64,000 nt of DNA from Chrysomallon squamiferum (taxonomy: Eukaryota > Animalia > Mollusca). How positions within the stretch are numbered: the stretch's first letter is position 1; every line of letters begins with the position of its first letter. Below, piece by piece: positions 42,501 to 59,451 of this stretch. Position numbers and translations under genes: made by a program. The stretch spans positions 6,882,001-6,946,000 of the forward strand of contig CM022666.1 in the NCBI GenBank assembly GCA_012295275.1, given 5' to 3'. The notes beneath the pieces were generated by a model that had not been told where the DNA came from, did not search any database, and saw nothing but the letters and a program-made list of their open reading frames with translations.

Positions 42501-43517
42501 ACTAATAAAAAATTATAAAATATTTTTTGTTTCAGTATTTAGCCATTCCCTTGCCTCAATTGAACCCATAACTGCCAGTACACTAGAAAACAATTCTAAT
42601 GATTAAAATCAAGTTCAAATACTGCTGAAAGATACAACATATATCAGAATGAATCTGCCTTTCGTATGCATAAATTAATTAATTAATCAATTTATTTACT
42701 TATAATGAAATTAATCTAAAATGTATTTTGAATGTTTTAAACCAACTTTAACAAAAAGTAACTTTGAAAATGATTTAACAAATTTCCTTCAAGGAACAAA
42801 ATTCACAAACAGTAATTCTGAAGAGACTTACATACAAATATTAATGTTACTTCTACTTTTTAAATAATAAAAATAATAATAGTAATAATAAATAAATACA
42901 GGAAGAAAGAAAGAAAAAAAAAAAAAAAAAATAAAAAAAAAATAAAATTAATAATTTGATTTTCCATTAAAAGTACTGCATCTATGAAATGTAAATTTAA
43001 AACAGTAGTAAAAATAACATTAAAGGAATAATGAAAATAGATTAGAAAAAAAATAATAATAATAATTTAAAAAAAGAGAAAAAGATGCATAGAAGGAGAG
43101 AGAAAGTGAATGAGAGAATAAAAAAGGATATGATGATAAAATATCAAATAATATTTTTATAAGTTTGAAAGATATAATCGTCTTGTCATTAAAATTTATT
43201 TAATTAAAAAAGTTATTAAACTTTAAAACTAAACAAACATATCATTTAAAAGTTGAAAGGATATAAAAACAAATTTAAATTCATGCCTCTCCCACTTGGT
43301 AATAAACATCAGATCAAAGCAGTTTTTTCCAGTTTTAATTAAGTTTGAAATATAAATTGAAGACAGACACACATACATACACAAATTCATACACAGATAT
43401 ACACATATACAACATATACACACATGACATACATCCACAATACATACACATTCCTATACATATGCACACACAATTATAATCTTTAACATTATTATTGATA
43501 ACAGTAAGAATAGTAAC

Positions 43518-43554
<37 letters not shown>

Positions 43555-44097
43555 ATAGTTACAGTAATAACAGAATTAACAACTGCACCAAACAAACTCT
43601 CCCAAAACAACCAAAAATCAAATTGTTATTTTTGTTCACATTTGTTTCAAATGCATAATTTAAATCACATAATATATTTTTATTTAAACACTCCCTCAAA
43701 AAACAACAACAGTCTGCCCCCCCCAAAAAAAAACAAATAAACAACAACAACAACAACAAACAATCTAAACCTATACAAAACACAAACAAAAAAAGATAAG
43801 TGAGACGTTAATTTAACATTTGCATTCTACACGAGACAAGCCTATTGATGAAACAGTTTTCAGTATAATCGCTTTTTACTGCGTGATACAGGTGAATCAA
43901 TAGGTAAATGTTTATCTACCTGAGTGAATATGGTCAATTATTAAACACTTCTGTAACATCAACAGTATTTCATTACCATTGCATAACATACATTTACATT
44001 TTTTTTTTACAACTGCTTTTTTTTTTTGCCATTACATATACGGTCAATGCCATGGTTCTTGTGTCTGTACTTGGTCATGAATACTGACAGTCCTTAT

Positions 44098-44383
44098 TCA
44101 TGAATGTCAGTTTTTAGTTGTGAATAATCTTCTTTTTTTTTTACTCATGAATAATGTCAGTTTTTAGTTGTGAATAATGTCAGTTTTTAGTCATGAATAA
44201 TGTCAGTTTTTAGTTGTGAATAATGTCTGTTTTTAGTCATGAATAATGTCAGTTTTTAGTCATGAATAATCTCACTTTTTACTCATGAATAATGTCAGTA
44301 TTTATCATGAATAATATCAGTTTTTTTCTCGTGAATAATGTCAATTTTTAGTCGTGAATAATGTCAGTTTTTAGTCATGAATA
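44098..44383. repeat. 23-bp minisatellite CATGAATAATGTCAGTTTTTAGT, about 12 copies
   Basis: Direct reading. Confidence 0.93.
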
Positions 44384-46481
44384 AATTTAGTAGGATTCAT
44401 GAAATGTGATGAAACAATGAATGAAAGAAAGAACCAACTAGTGACATTTTATGATATCTCTGTAACTCATCTATTCATTCAGGACTTAAGGAAATATTAA
44501 GGATTATGAAACTGGTGAACAAGTATCACAATGATCTTGATATACTTTGAAAAACCAAATGCACACTGACAAGCATTTCAATGAACAATAACAAAACTTT
44601 TCAGTGATTTCCATCCCATAGTACTCTTGAACCAATGACATTATTTTTCTGTGATCCAGTCAAGTGCATGCAAGCAGTAAACGTGAATAAATGAATAAAT
44701 GGATAGGTTTTATGATCCACATAAGCAAATGTTGAAGACATACTAATGAATTAATGATTTCTGCCAAGTCTGTTACGTGATGACAAACAAACAAACAAAC
44801 AAATAAATAAAACAAATGATTCTTTTTGCCAATACTCCACAAATTAACCAACATTTTTTTCTCTGATATTGAAAACACACACACACCACTAATAACCCAA
44901 TACCTGTCATCTGTTAACAAATAAACAAACCTTTTTTTTTTTTTACTTATTGGAAAATGTGTGTTTGACAAAAGCATTAAACGCGAACATTATACTGAAG
45001 GGCACATTTTTAAAAATGAAGTTAACATCTGCCTTTATTTCATTTTTCTCACGTCCATTTTCAGTTTGCGATGACATTAATGTGTGTAAGGATAAAAATA
45101 AAAATAATAATAATTAAAACAAAAATTAAAAAATATCTTTTGTTTTCTACTCTCTTTCCTTATCTCTATTACATTTAACTTTGTTTTGTCAAAGTTGGTT
45201 TTAGCATAAAAAAAATATATTAATGGTGAACACATATGATAAGTGAAAACCTCTGTTATGATTGAGAGTGTTGTGAATGCTGAAGTAACTGCTGTTAATA
45301 CATGAAGAAATCAAACTGTAACCACTGTAGTCATCTCTCTATTCATTCCCAGAGCCACTAGGAAACTTTGGTAAATTATCTTCCATTTCTTTCAGTATCA
45401 CTTTCTGTTAATTTCTTCTTTTTTCCTCTAAACACATACATACATAAACACACACAGAGGTACATAATCTACATAAATATTTACTTATGTGCATCATACA
45501 GAAATAAACGTGAATTTATAGATTACTCAGTGAAATACTGTTACATATACTTTCAGTCTCAGTTTGTAATCAAACTTACACACATCCATTTATCATTCCC
45601 ATTCTTTCTTTCACTGTTTCTTTCTTCCTTCCCTCTTTCCTTCCAGACCTCCTTCTTTCCATCCCTCTCTCTATCAGTATTCGTCAGTTGTCATATTTAA
45701 TCTTGACACAGATGAAAAACTTGCACACAGAAAATACTCACAGCCAGAATGGTGAAAACCAATGTGTATCATTAGTCTTATACAACACACAATTAAAATT
45801 ATACAACAGCACATAAATAAACGTGCTCTATTACCATTTGGTCATTGTAACTCTGGGTTTTATTTTTAATATCTAAATATTCATTTAAAAAAAAAAATTA
45901 ATAACTAATAATTAAAATAAAATATAATAATAAATAATTAAAATGAAATATTTAATAAATAAATAATTAAAATGAAATATTTAATAAATAAATCATTCAG
46001 TCAATATATCAATAAATAAATAAACATCAAATATATAAACAAATAATTAACAAATATGTAGAACAAACAAATAATATACTAATATATAAATAAAAATAAA
46101 TAACAAATAAATAACAAATACATTTATAAATAAATTAAAAAAAGAATTAATAATAACTTAAAACCAGAAATAATTGTATTTTAACACCATCAATCTTTCG
46201 TCTTGAATAAAAAATATTATTGAATTTAGAATAAACGTCATTTTATTTCATTTTATTTGTTTTTGAAAAGACTAACCCCTTTGAACAAATGTTACAAAGT
46301 GAAGCACACCATTCTGTTTGTGTATTGATGTTTCATGCATGTGGCTGTTAAAATGCTGCAGAAGTAAAATCTTTACCTGCATGTTTACAGCTGTAGTCAG
46401 TTTGTTGATGATCTTTAGTATGTTTTAATACCAGTTTTTTGTTTACAGGTAACCTTCGTTTGATGGAAATAAAATAAGATA

Positions 46482-46537
<56 letters not shown>

Positions 46538-46705
46538 TGAGGATAAAGATATATAAATAATTACAGACACAAACACTCAAATCAAAAAGCAAAGAGTTAT
46601 GTTTTATATTATTAGTAGTGGGTTTTTTTTAATTGTTTGTTTGTTTGTTTATTATTATTATTATTATTATTTTATTTCTTTTAGACTAGAAAATGGCAAT
46701 ATAGG

Positions 46706-46738
<33 letters not shown>

Positions 46739-46967
46739 AATAGTTTTTGTTTTTTTTGCATGATAAACTGTACAGATAAAAATTATAATAAAAAAAAATA
46801 TATATCAACTTGACCTGATCAAAGAAACAAAACTAGAATGTTTATAAATTAAAAAAAGATTTAAAAAAATAATAAAAATTTATAAAGAAAGAAGATAAAA
46901 AAAGGAAAGAAATTAATTAATGTATTTCAATAAATAAAGAAATAATATTAATAATAATAAGGATAAA

Positions 46968-47017
<50 letters not shown>

Positions 47018-47419
47018 CAACAATGATGACAATAGTAATAACACTAAAATTACAAAATCTTCAAAAAGATGCACTTACTCTGTAACACTTGCTCATCCTA
47101 ATTACACAGTGACCGATGTTACTGTCAACATGATACAATTACATGCAGAGATAGATAAAACTGATTAGAATATAAATCTTCTTTCTCTTCTTCACTTTGT
47201 TGTCCCAAATCAGATATAATCAACTTCCGCTTTAGGCAGTTTTATTCCTAGCAGATTAATGAAAGCAGGGTGGTTACTGTACTGGTTTATACGTAAATCC
47301 AGTTTTTAGAAATGTTGATAGTGTGGACAGTGTATGGTTGTATGTGAATAATAATTTATTAAAAGTGTATTTGTCTTTATTATATACTTATCTATCAGTC
47401 ACGTAATTCAGATTCTGCA

Positions 47420-47597
47420 TAATTTTAAAATTGTTCTGCGTAATTTTAAAATTGTTCTGCACCGTTTTTAAATTTATAAACGGGACTGCCTGTTTGGAAA
47501 TACTGCACTGTTTTTAAATTTATAAACGGGACTGCCTGTTTGAAAATACTGCACCATTTTTAAATTTATAAACGGGACTGCCTGTCTGAAAATACTC
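47420..47597. repeat. 46-bp tandem repeat x3, preceded by a ~21-bp duplication
   Basis: cgggactg at 47481, 47527 and 47573; taattttaaaattgttctgc occurs twice upstream. Confidence 0.9.
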
Positions 47598-48637
47598 CTG
47601 ATTTAACAATGAAATGCAATTGTTGTTGTCAAAAATAGATTTTTGTACAGTTTATGAAGAAATAACTGAGTAGGGGGATTTTGTTTATTTTTAATTTATA
47701 CAAATGTTGCCTGAAAAAGAATATGTAGTAAAAGAAAGTGAAAGTTAGAAAAATTATAATTGTCATCAGTTATTGTGTGTCAAACATTTGTTTAATGACA
47801 TCATTTGAACACATTGATTAATTTTCTATCATCTTGTATATAAGTATGTATATTAATGTGTATTTTAAGTATGTGTGTATGTATGTTTACACGTGTGCAT
47901 GTGTGTGTGTGTGTGTGTGTGAGTGTGTGTGTGCCTGCACATGCAATTCAACTTTATGAGCAACAGTAAAACAGAATCAAAGGTCAATGAAACAAAGTCA
48001 ACAATTGTTTTTCTTTACGTCAAACTGAATCAATCAAAAAAAAGGAAAAAAAAAAGAAGAAAAAAAAGGTGTCATCACATTCCTTAACACTTATTCAAAG
48101 AGTCAAATCATTAGGTCAATTACTGAAATTGATGAGGGTCAAAAATTTTACCCAAAATATTCAAATTGTGGCAGACGTCAACGATCTCTGGTCTAACGAT
48201 TCAAAAAGTCACCAGACTGAGTACGACTGTGATGTCACACTTTAAATGCCAATCACTACTACTCAGAGTGACAGGTTAAAAGCTCTGAGCGACTCAGCAA
48301 CAGAGCAGTCACTAACCACGTTATCTGGATGGACAAAAGTGTCCTTGGCGGCCATCATTTGAGTAAATGAAAGTCAATAAGTGGTGAGAGTGTGAAGTGG
48401 ACAGCTCAGACGAATTGAAAAAAAAAAAAAAAAAAGAAATCATTGAAAAAAAAAAGAAACTACTGTCATTGTCAGTGTTTTTCTAATGAATTTATCAATC
48501 TGTGAACCCATTTCTCTGATAATCTTTGTTCTCTCTCTGTCTCTGTCTCTCTGTGTGTCTCTGTGTTTTTCTAATGAATTCTCTTTTTCTCTTTCCATCT
48601 CTTCTCTCTCTCTCTCTCTCTTCTCTCTCTCTAATCT

Positions 48638-48694
<57 letters not shown>

Positions 48695-49694
48695 CCTCCC
48701 TCCCTCTCCCTCAGATACAAACAAACACACAGCAATCTAACATTCTTCTCTTTCTTTCACCATTTCTTTCAAAAATTACTGCCAATATTTTGGGATTTTT
48801 AAAAAAAATATTCTCTTCTCATCCTTCATTTCCCTCTCACTTCAAAAAATCTCTGTATAAATATATATCTCCCTTCTCTCTCTACTTCTGTCTGTCATTC
48901 CCCCTCCTCTTTCTATGTCTGTCTGTCTTTCTCTCCTTTCTCTCTTAACTCAAAATACTCCCTCTCATAATTTTCAAATTATTTTCACAACACTAAGTAC
49001 CTTTACCAGAAAAAAAAAAAATATATATATATATATATAAAAAGTGAAAAAGGAAATAGTAAGTATACTTTCAAAAGTAATAACTTGTGTTTTCTATTTC
49101 TATGTATACTTAATGACCTGCATCAATTTCAACACTGCACCTAGTAATTTGATTAAAGCATATTAAAATGAAAACTCAGTGAATCTGGGGTCAAAATGAA
49201 TGATGGAGCTTTAACGTTTTCTGTTTTGACCTATAGACCTTTTCTCTGACTGACTTGGAGTTTAAGTCTTTAATCCCCCCCCCCAGGCCAAGTTTTCTTT
49301 TTTATATTTTCCTGTTTTCTTCATTTTTTTTTTTATTTCTTCGTATATTTTCTTCAGTTTTTTTTATTTCTTCAAACTTTCTTATTTTTTTTTTTATATC
49401 TTCATGTTTTCATTTTTTATTTCTTCAAGTTTTCATTTTTTATTTCTTCAAGTTTTCAGTTTTGAATTTTTATATTTCTTGAAATTTTTTTTTTTTTAAT
49501 TCTTCAAGATTTCCTCATATTTATTTTCCTGGCAGTTCTGTACTGATATTAAATCTCTCTACCATTCGAGTTATACAAACAGCAAAAAAAAAAAATTTTT
49601 TTTTTTACATTACATGAATCTTGCCCTATCTCTTCCATCAACAGATCGATAGAATTCTACTCTACACCAAGCAGCTGTACTATAATCACACAGC

Positions 49695-50036
49695 ACCTGA
49701 GCTGGGGTAGGTCACAGGATCAAACCTCGGTACTTCTGTTCCTGATAGCGCTCATGTTTGAGCCATGGTGGACCTCAGGTTCAAACCTTGATACTTCTGT
49801 TTCAGATGTATTAACATTAACCAAAGCAACAGAGCTCATGTTTGAACTGGGGTAGGTCATAGGATCAAACCTTGGTACTTCTGTTCCTGATAGAGCTCAT
49901 GTTTGAGCCCTGGTGGACCTCAGGTTCAAACCTTGGTACTTCTGTTTCAGATGTATTAACATTAACCAAACTGACAGAGCTCATGTTTGAACTGTGGTAG
50001 GCCTCAGGTTCAAACCTTTGTGCTTCTCTTTTTGAT

Positions 50037-50073
<37 letters not shown>

Positions 50074-50500
50074 TCGACCAATGTATTCTGTATTTTAATG
50101 ATAGAGTTCTTGTTTGAGCTATGGTAGGCCTTCAGTTCAACACTTGATTCATTCTATTTCCCATTTAGACCAACCAGTCTTAGGCAAGATGCATTCCAGC
50201 AATGCAGGACTTATTTGAAATGTGGCAGCCACAGAATTAAACCACAGTTAGAGCCAAGATAATGCTCTGTTTCACTGACAAAACACTTGAGGTATAGCAG
50301 GCCACAGGATCAATTCATTACGGCTGTTTCTTGCTCAGAGCCAAAAAACATGCTCTAGTTCAGCGAGAGAATTTTCAAGCACAGTAGGTCACAGATTAAA
50401 TCTCCAGCTTGTCTGATACTGATGTTTTCTGTTTACACGAGCCAGCAGCTTTCAGTGTTAGATTATTAGCTCGATGTGTGGAGGATCAAGGATCAATTCT
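49695..50500 (+). mobile_element. Tandem array of tRNA-derived SINE-head-like units (145-bp dimer plus decayed copies)
   Basis: GGTTCAAACC at 49778, 49923 and 50007; GGATCAAACC at 49717 and 49862. These are B-box-like (GTTCRANNC). The repeat is certain; SINE origin is inferred. Confidence 0.55.
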
Positions 50501-50591
50501 TGTGCACTGATCAGTTAGAGGTTAGCGGCATCTGCACGACACATCACTTGTTTCAGATTGGAGAGATTGCAGGATGGATTATTATTGTTGC

Positions 50592-50642
<51 letters not shown>

Positions 50643-50665
50643 GTGTGTGTGAGAGTGTGTGTGTA

Positions 50666-50722
<57 letters not shown>

Positions 50723-51368
50723 ACACATGAGTGCCTGCATTTTTAAATTTTTTTGTCCCTGCCTTTGGAGTATGCTAACTTATCAAAGTATTTACTGACT
50801 ATATGACTTAATATGGACTACATTATACTAGTAATAGTACTAGAAATAATGCTATTATTAGTACTAGTTGTTGTAGTAATAACAGCAGTAATACAAATAA
50901 TAATAATAATAATGGTAGTAATGATAGTAATGGCAGAATTATTAGCTGTTGTTAGTAGTAGTAGTAGTAATAATAATAAAAATAATAATAACAACAACAT
51001 CACCTATAATAGTACAATAACACAACAACAACAACCATAATAGTAATAATAATGGTAACAAATAATCAAAACAACAACTCTGTAACAAAGATAACAAAAT
51101 ATTTGGAAGTGGGTATAAAAATTACAAACACATAGATACGTGTGTACATGGTTCACTTTATCATTTAAAGGACACTAAAAAAAGGTGAGGAATGCAGACC
51201 TGGGAAGGTAGAATACTTACCTGTGATTTGTGGGTGTGTGTGCAGGATGAGAAAGCAGGTGATAAACAACAGGTACGGGGGTAAAAGTTAACTTAAAGGT
51301 TAATTAGTGGCGTGTGAGATATTTATGAGTTTGTACGTATCTGTGAGCCCAGTGCTGTGTGCATTAGT

Positions 51369-51660
<292 letters not shown>

Positions 51661-53305
51661 ATGGCTGCCTTTCTGTCTGTCTGTATGTATATGTGTATTT
51701 ATATGTAAGTAGTTACATATGAAATTTCTCTAAGCATCTACATACACACATTCATAACTGTATTTGCATATTTACACATGTATGTAAACAGAGCTAACTG
51801 CCTCTCTAAGACATGAAATTAGAAAATTCCAAAGTGTGAAAAGCCTTCAGACATGTTCCAGTCTTGTAACAACCAATCAGACAGAGCTAACAACAATGAG
51901 CAACAATTTCCAGTTAAACCTTCGGCTACTTCTTTTTACCTTCATTTTCTTTTTTTTCTTTTTTCTGCTTTCTCACATTCTCTCTCTATATATTTTTTCT
52001 TTCTTCTATTTTTTTTTTTTTTTTTTCATTTTTTCCCCCCTCTCCATGAAAATCTGTGGTAAATGAAGTAATGTCTGATTTTAACCGAAAAAGAATTGCA
52101 GATAATTCAGACAGCTATTTTCTGAGCTCAGTTTAGCTCTGGATGTAGAATATGATGTTTACAAATGAGAATTTGCTGTCAGGCTCGTGTACTGCTTGAT
52201 GTAGGCTGGTGAAGAGAACTGGTCGTACAATCATACATGTCTGTATTCATCTGATTTGTTTTACTAACCTACATTTTATTTCATGTCTTTCTTTCTTTAA
52301 TTTATTTTTTTTATTATTTTTTTTTTTATTGGTAAGAGTTGCACACACTCAGAAACACACACATATGCACTAATACATATATGTATGTAAACTGTTGTTT
52401 TTATTTTTAATTAAAAAAAAAAAATAATAATTGCATTCCCACCCATTTATCACAATACCAACAGAACACTAATTGTCTGAAACGTGGAATATGATTAAAA
52501 TACACACTCCATTTCTTTCATTAATTGCAATCTTTGCAAACATTTAAGGAAAAAAAGAAAGTAACTTGAAATTATTTCACATTTAGACAAAGGAAACTAC
52601 TGTTTAATAATAAAAAGTATTGAATAAACAATTTGAAGCTGAAGATATCATTACAAGTTCACTGTGATCACTTACTTCATTTTCTTGGCTGTTAAATAAT
52701 TGACGTAAAGACTTTTTTATTGTTATTATTATTTATTTTTGAATGATGTCCATAAGGTCATATGATAATCAAAGTACTGAGTTAAAAATAAAAACATTAT
52801 TAAAGAGATGACTGAGGGACAGAATATTAAACAAATGAAAAGAAAAAAAGAAAATCGTTCTGCAACATAGCTAAGATAACTTTGAGATAAATTATAAAAC
52901 AAGTGACCATAGACAAATTAAAAAAAAATAAATAAATAAAAGAATAAAATAAAATAATATTAAATCAAATTAAAGTTATTAAAACAAAAATGAAAGAAAA
53001 TGAAATACATGCACATTCAAGCACAAGAACACACCCAAAAACACACCCCCCCACCCCCCACACCCACACCACACCCACACCACGCACACAATTTGTTACT
53101 ATCAGTAAAACAAATTAAATTCATCACATACACAAAATACTGATACACAAGTCTGTCTGTCTGTCTGTCTGTCTGTCTCATCTCTGGAGGGATTCAGTGA
53201 CAGGTGGGTGTATCACAGATTAGTGACAGACTCATGCGTTGTTTTACCCACATATCTACATCCATCTTAAACCCAGGCGTGCTAGGCTGACTTCCACGGA
53301 GAGAG

Positions 53306-53342
<37 letters not shown>

Positions 53343-54289
53343 TGGAAAGAAACAAAAACATGCAGAGTTCAAGAGTACATAGTGAGCAGTAAATTTGGTT
53401 TTAATTCTGAACAAAAACAGTTATTTGCTCATAAATCTCTGTCTCTATGAAGTTACTTAATGGCATTGCTTGTGAGTGCAAGTGACCTGATACCAATCAC
53501 TCAGTCTGCTGTGACAGCAGTACCACAGTTGTACCATGTGTGATACCACTAAAAAGTTCAATACCAGAATCATACGTGTGTGTGATGCCATGATTTCAGT
53601 TAGGTAAATATCAGATTTAAATCAGTGGTATATATCTGTATATACCTAAGATAACTGTCATAATTAAATACCAGAATTGTACCAGTTGTATGTTTGAGAA
53701 ACCAAGATTCAGGTATCTTTGAAGATGACATTAAATACCAGAGTCAAGTGTTTGATGCCATCTGAATAACTTTTTTTCTCCTACATAGTGATCCTTAAAC
53801 ACTGAAAACAATGTAAATCTTATTCTGTTAAATGGGGTGATTGTAAAATTACTTTTCTTAGATTTTAGAGGATCCTTGATTATAGAAAAGGAAGATCATA
53901 TCTAATTTAAATATGCCAAAACATAATAATAATAAATAAAAGAAGACAGCATTACCATTTTCTGATTTAATATTCTAGAATATACATATGATGATACATA
54001 CATGTACACACACACACACACATATATACTATTATTATTTTCTAAGGTATGTCTTATTTCAGTAAAGATATTTTAGTGTGTAGAATGAAGTTTAAAAAAT
54101 AAATGATGAACTTTATCTTCAAATTTTGAAATGGAAACATTTCAAATAATGAAATTATATGTTAACTATAACAAAGATAATTATTAATAAAGTTAGCAAA
54201 ATCATATCATCCTTTTTAAAAAACACTATCACTGTCTCACTTCTCTCTTTCTATCTCCTGTTCAGTCTAACCTTCTCCATTTTACTGTT

Positions 54290-55088
<799 letters not shown>

Positions 55089-55289
55089 GATTGTTTCTCA
55101 TCTATTTTTCTCTCAGATATTCTCCTAAACTGAGATATCATCTTTGTTGAATTTAACAGCCAACAATTACTTTATTCCAGTGTCACTATAAATAATATTT
55201 TTTACTTACTTATCCTTTTTGTTGTTTTTGAAATCTATCATTCATTATTAATATATATATATATATACAAAAAGTATCTGCTATTAAAT

Positions 55290-55512
55290 GTGTTTATGTA
55301 AATATGCTATGTATTATATGTGTACTTATTTATGTGGTTTTAATATTGAAGCCATCATAAACATTTCGTATTTATGTAGATATGCTAAGTGTTATTTGTG
55401 TATACTTATTTATGTGCTTTTTATAACATTCTATATTTATGTAGATAAACTAAGTGTTATTTGAGTATTGTATATATGTGGTTTTAATATTAAAGGCATC
55501 AAAACATTTTGT
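55290..55512. repeat. Degenerate ~65-80-bp tandem repeat, 3 copies
   Basis: tttatgta(a/g)ata..cta.gt recurs near 55293, 55371 and 55436. Confidence 0.65.
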
Positions 55513-56914
55513 ATCAAAGAAGAAGAAGAAGATATGTTTTGGGTAATGTATAATTTATCAGTGTTATCATATTAGATACAGGAAAGTAACAGATGTGAAC
55601 CAGACAGTATATTTTTTTTAATCTTTATTTTACTGCAGAGGTTGTCTAACAACTAACTTTTCATTCATTCTCTCTCTCTCTGTCTCTTTCTCTGTCTGTT
55701 TCTCTCTGTCTCTGTCTCTCTCTCTCTCAGTCTCTTTCACTGTTTCTTTGACTTCCTATCTCTTTCTTTCGCTCTATCTCTCAATAATTAATTATCTGTG
55801 TGTGTTTTTTTGTATGTCTGCATGTGTTTCTCTATCAGTCAATATCTCTTTTTTCACTATCTGTCTATTAATCTTCTCTCTCTCGCTCGCTCTCTCTCTG
55901 CATGTTTACCTGTTTATTTACTTATTTATTTTTTTTTTTTTTTTAATTTTGTTATCTAGTTAACACAAAAAACTGAACAGTCTATTTAGAAGCTTTTAAA
56001 GATTACAGAGATTATTTATCATCAATATATAAACTATTCTTTTTTTCTTAACACAGAAAAAAAAAAATAAAGTATATATATATATATACAAAGAATGTTT
56101 TTATTACGTTCTTTAAAAAAAAAAAAAAGGTAGAAATGTGAAATTTTGAATTTTACACTTTAGTTTTATATATATCTATATATCCAAATCTATATATATA
56201 TCTATAATTATATCCCTATATCACTGTATCAATACCTACACACACAAATTAAAACAAATTAACAATTTTAGCCAATTTGCAGCTAAACAATTTCAGTTTA
56301 CAACAAAACAGTAACAACACAAATAGTAACAAAAATTCTTTTCATTGTTTGAAAACATTTTATACATACGTACATGCAGCTTCCACAAAGAAATTTGCAT
56401 CTGCTGCCATAAAATTCATAACATTTGTATTACTTGTAACACGTGTTCATTTAAATATTTTATCATTTTTACTTTTTCCATTAAACTCAAACTTATCTTG
56501 TTTTTATTATTATTATTATTTTTTTTTTAACTTTATTCAAATTAATCTTTTATGGCCATGATATTGATTGCTTAAAAAAAAAAAGATTTTTGTTTTGTTC
56601 CGGAATATATTATATATATATATATCTATATCTATATATATTGTGTGTTTGTGTTTGATTCTTTCCAATGAAAGAAATGTGAACATTTTTTCTTTTGTTT
56701 ATTACCATTATTATTGTTTTACTGTTATTATTACTGACCTTATTACATCATTGTCATTTTAATTCATTTGAATTTTTGTTTTACTTTCATTGCTATATTT
56801 TGTTTTATTTTTCTTGTTTGTTTTTCTTGGTTTTTTTTGGTTTTTTAAAATCATTTCAATTTTATTTTATTTTTTAGCTATGATTTTATTTGTTATTTTT
56901 AAAAATTATTATTG

Positions 56915-56965
<51 letters not shown>

Positions 56966-57346
56966 TTTTGTCGGTTAGTTTCATTTAATTAATTCTTTTA
57001 AAAATTTTAAAAACAACACTAAAATTACACATTTGTTTTTGTTCATTATTCTACAGTGTCTTTACATTTTTTTTTTTTTTTTTTTTTAAAATTCAAACTT
57101 TTTTATATATTTTTTAAAATTTTATTTCAGTACCTTTCATTTCTTTAAATACATATTTTAAAATTTTATTCCACATTATTTATTTACCTTTTAATCAAAT
57201 ATCAAAATTTTTATTAAGTATTCTGTACATGAATTTGACACAAATATAAAATTACCACAAAAATTTAAAACATTTTGTTATTGTACTCATGTCCTTAGTA
57301 AACAAATGAATACTTACAATCATTTTAATGAACTTAAAAACTAAAA

Positions 57347-57388
<42 letters not shown>

Positions 57389-58095
57389 GCAATGACTTTT
57401 CTCTGGTAATGGAAGTCATCCAAATGTCATATGTTTGTCATTTAAATTGTTTTATCAGTTTAAAGGAAACTTCAGTGAATTCAGGTAACAGACCTAACTG
57501 CAGAAAAACAGGATGTTTTGTTAAAATTAAAATTAAAATTAAAATTAAAATTAAAATTAATAAGGAATTTTTATTTCTTTTTAATAAATATTTTAATTTC
57601 TTTATTATTTTATTATTGGTTTACTTATATTCATATTCCTTTCTCTATTTTATTAATTAATTCTTTAATCCTTTATTTTCATTTATTTATTTGTTTATTT
57701 TTTTAAATTATTTATTTATATTTTTACAATTGTTTTAGATTTTATTTTATTCATGTTTTATATCATGTTATTTTTTTAATTTAATTACTGTTGTTATTTG
57801 CTGTAATCTTTATCATTATCATTAAAATTATTTTAATGTAATTAATACACTATTATTATTTCAAATTCTTTAATTTTTAAAACAATTATTATACACTGCA
57901 TGAATATATGTTTGTAATATGCATGTATGCATATCTGGGTATATTAAAAATTTAAATATTAGTCACATACAAATTATAGGACTTCTTACAGAAAATGACT
58001 TAATACCAATGTGAAATTTGAAATTATAGTACATTAATTTTACTTAAACTGAGATGTTCAAATATATATATTCACAGACATATTTTATCATAAAG

Positions 58096-58652
<557 letters not shown>

Positions 58653-59295
58653 CACTACTAATTTTATATACAATCCATTTATTTTAAGTAAATACCTGAA
58701 TTAAAAAAAATATTAAATAAATTAATTAATTAAAACATTTTAAAATTTATATTAACAAATTTCATTCTTAAAATGCATAAACTATACTTACATGTCCAGA
58801 AATAAATTTCAAATCTTCATCAAAACAACTGAAGAGACATTGTCTATATGTCAAAAAAGTAAATAAATTTCACTAAAGAAAAAAAAAAAACTATGTTTTC
58901 ATTAACGTCTTGCTATTAAAATTAATGTATGGATATTGCTAATCAATAATTAGTTGGCAGACATTTGTGTTTCAATAAACAAAAATAAACAACTTATTTT
59001 TTTTTTTTGTTATTATTTTTTTTAAATGCTATAACGTATTTGTACATACACGAATCGCAGTTTAGTTAGAGGTTGGAATGTCTGGGTTGTGATAAATCAA
59101 AGATAGAACCTGTAATATTAATATTTTTTTCTTTTAATTAACAAATAAATATTAAAAGTTCATGGTAAAAAGTATGTGTATGTGACAGTGGCAGGCTGTA
59201 GATCAGGTGATTATAGCATCGTTAACAATACTGTGAAAAAGGAGAAGATATGAAAAAAGAAATAAATGTATTGCCATATCCAACATGTCAAAACT

Positions 59296-59451
<156 letters not shown>

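Noticed and set aside
49695-50020. tRNA gene cluster
   Set aside because: B-box-like motifs are present, but there is no acceptor stem or complete cloverleaf.
51205-51260. Strong minus-strand donor-like CAG|GTAAGT (acttacctg near 51215-51223) as the missing upstream PSMD1 exon
   Set aside because: The adjacent sequence is CA-rich and does not translate to …DVRRAAV…LGF..FR.
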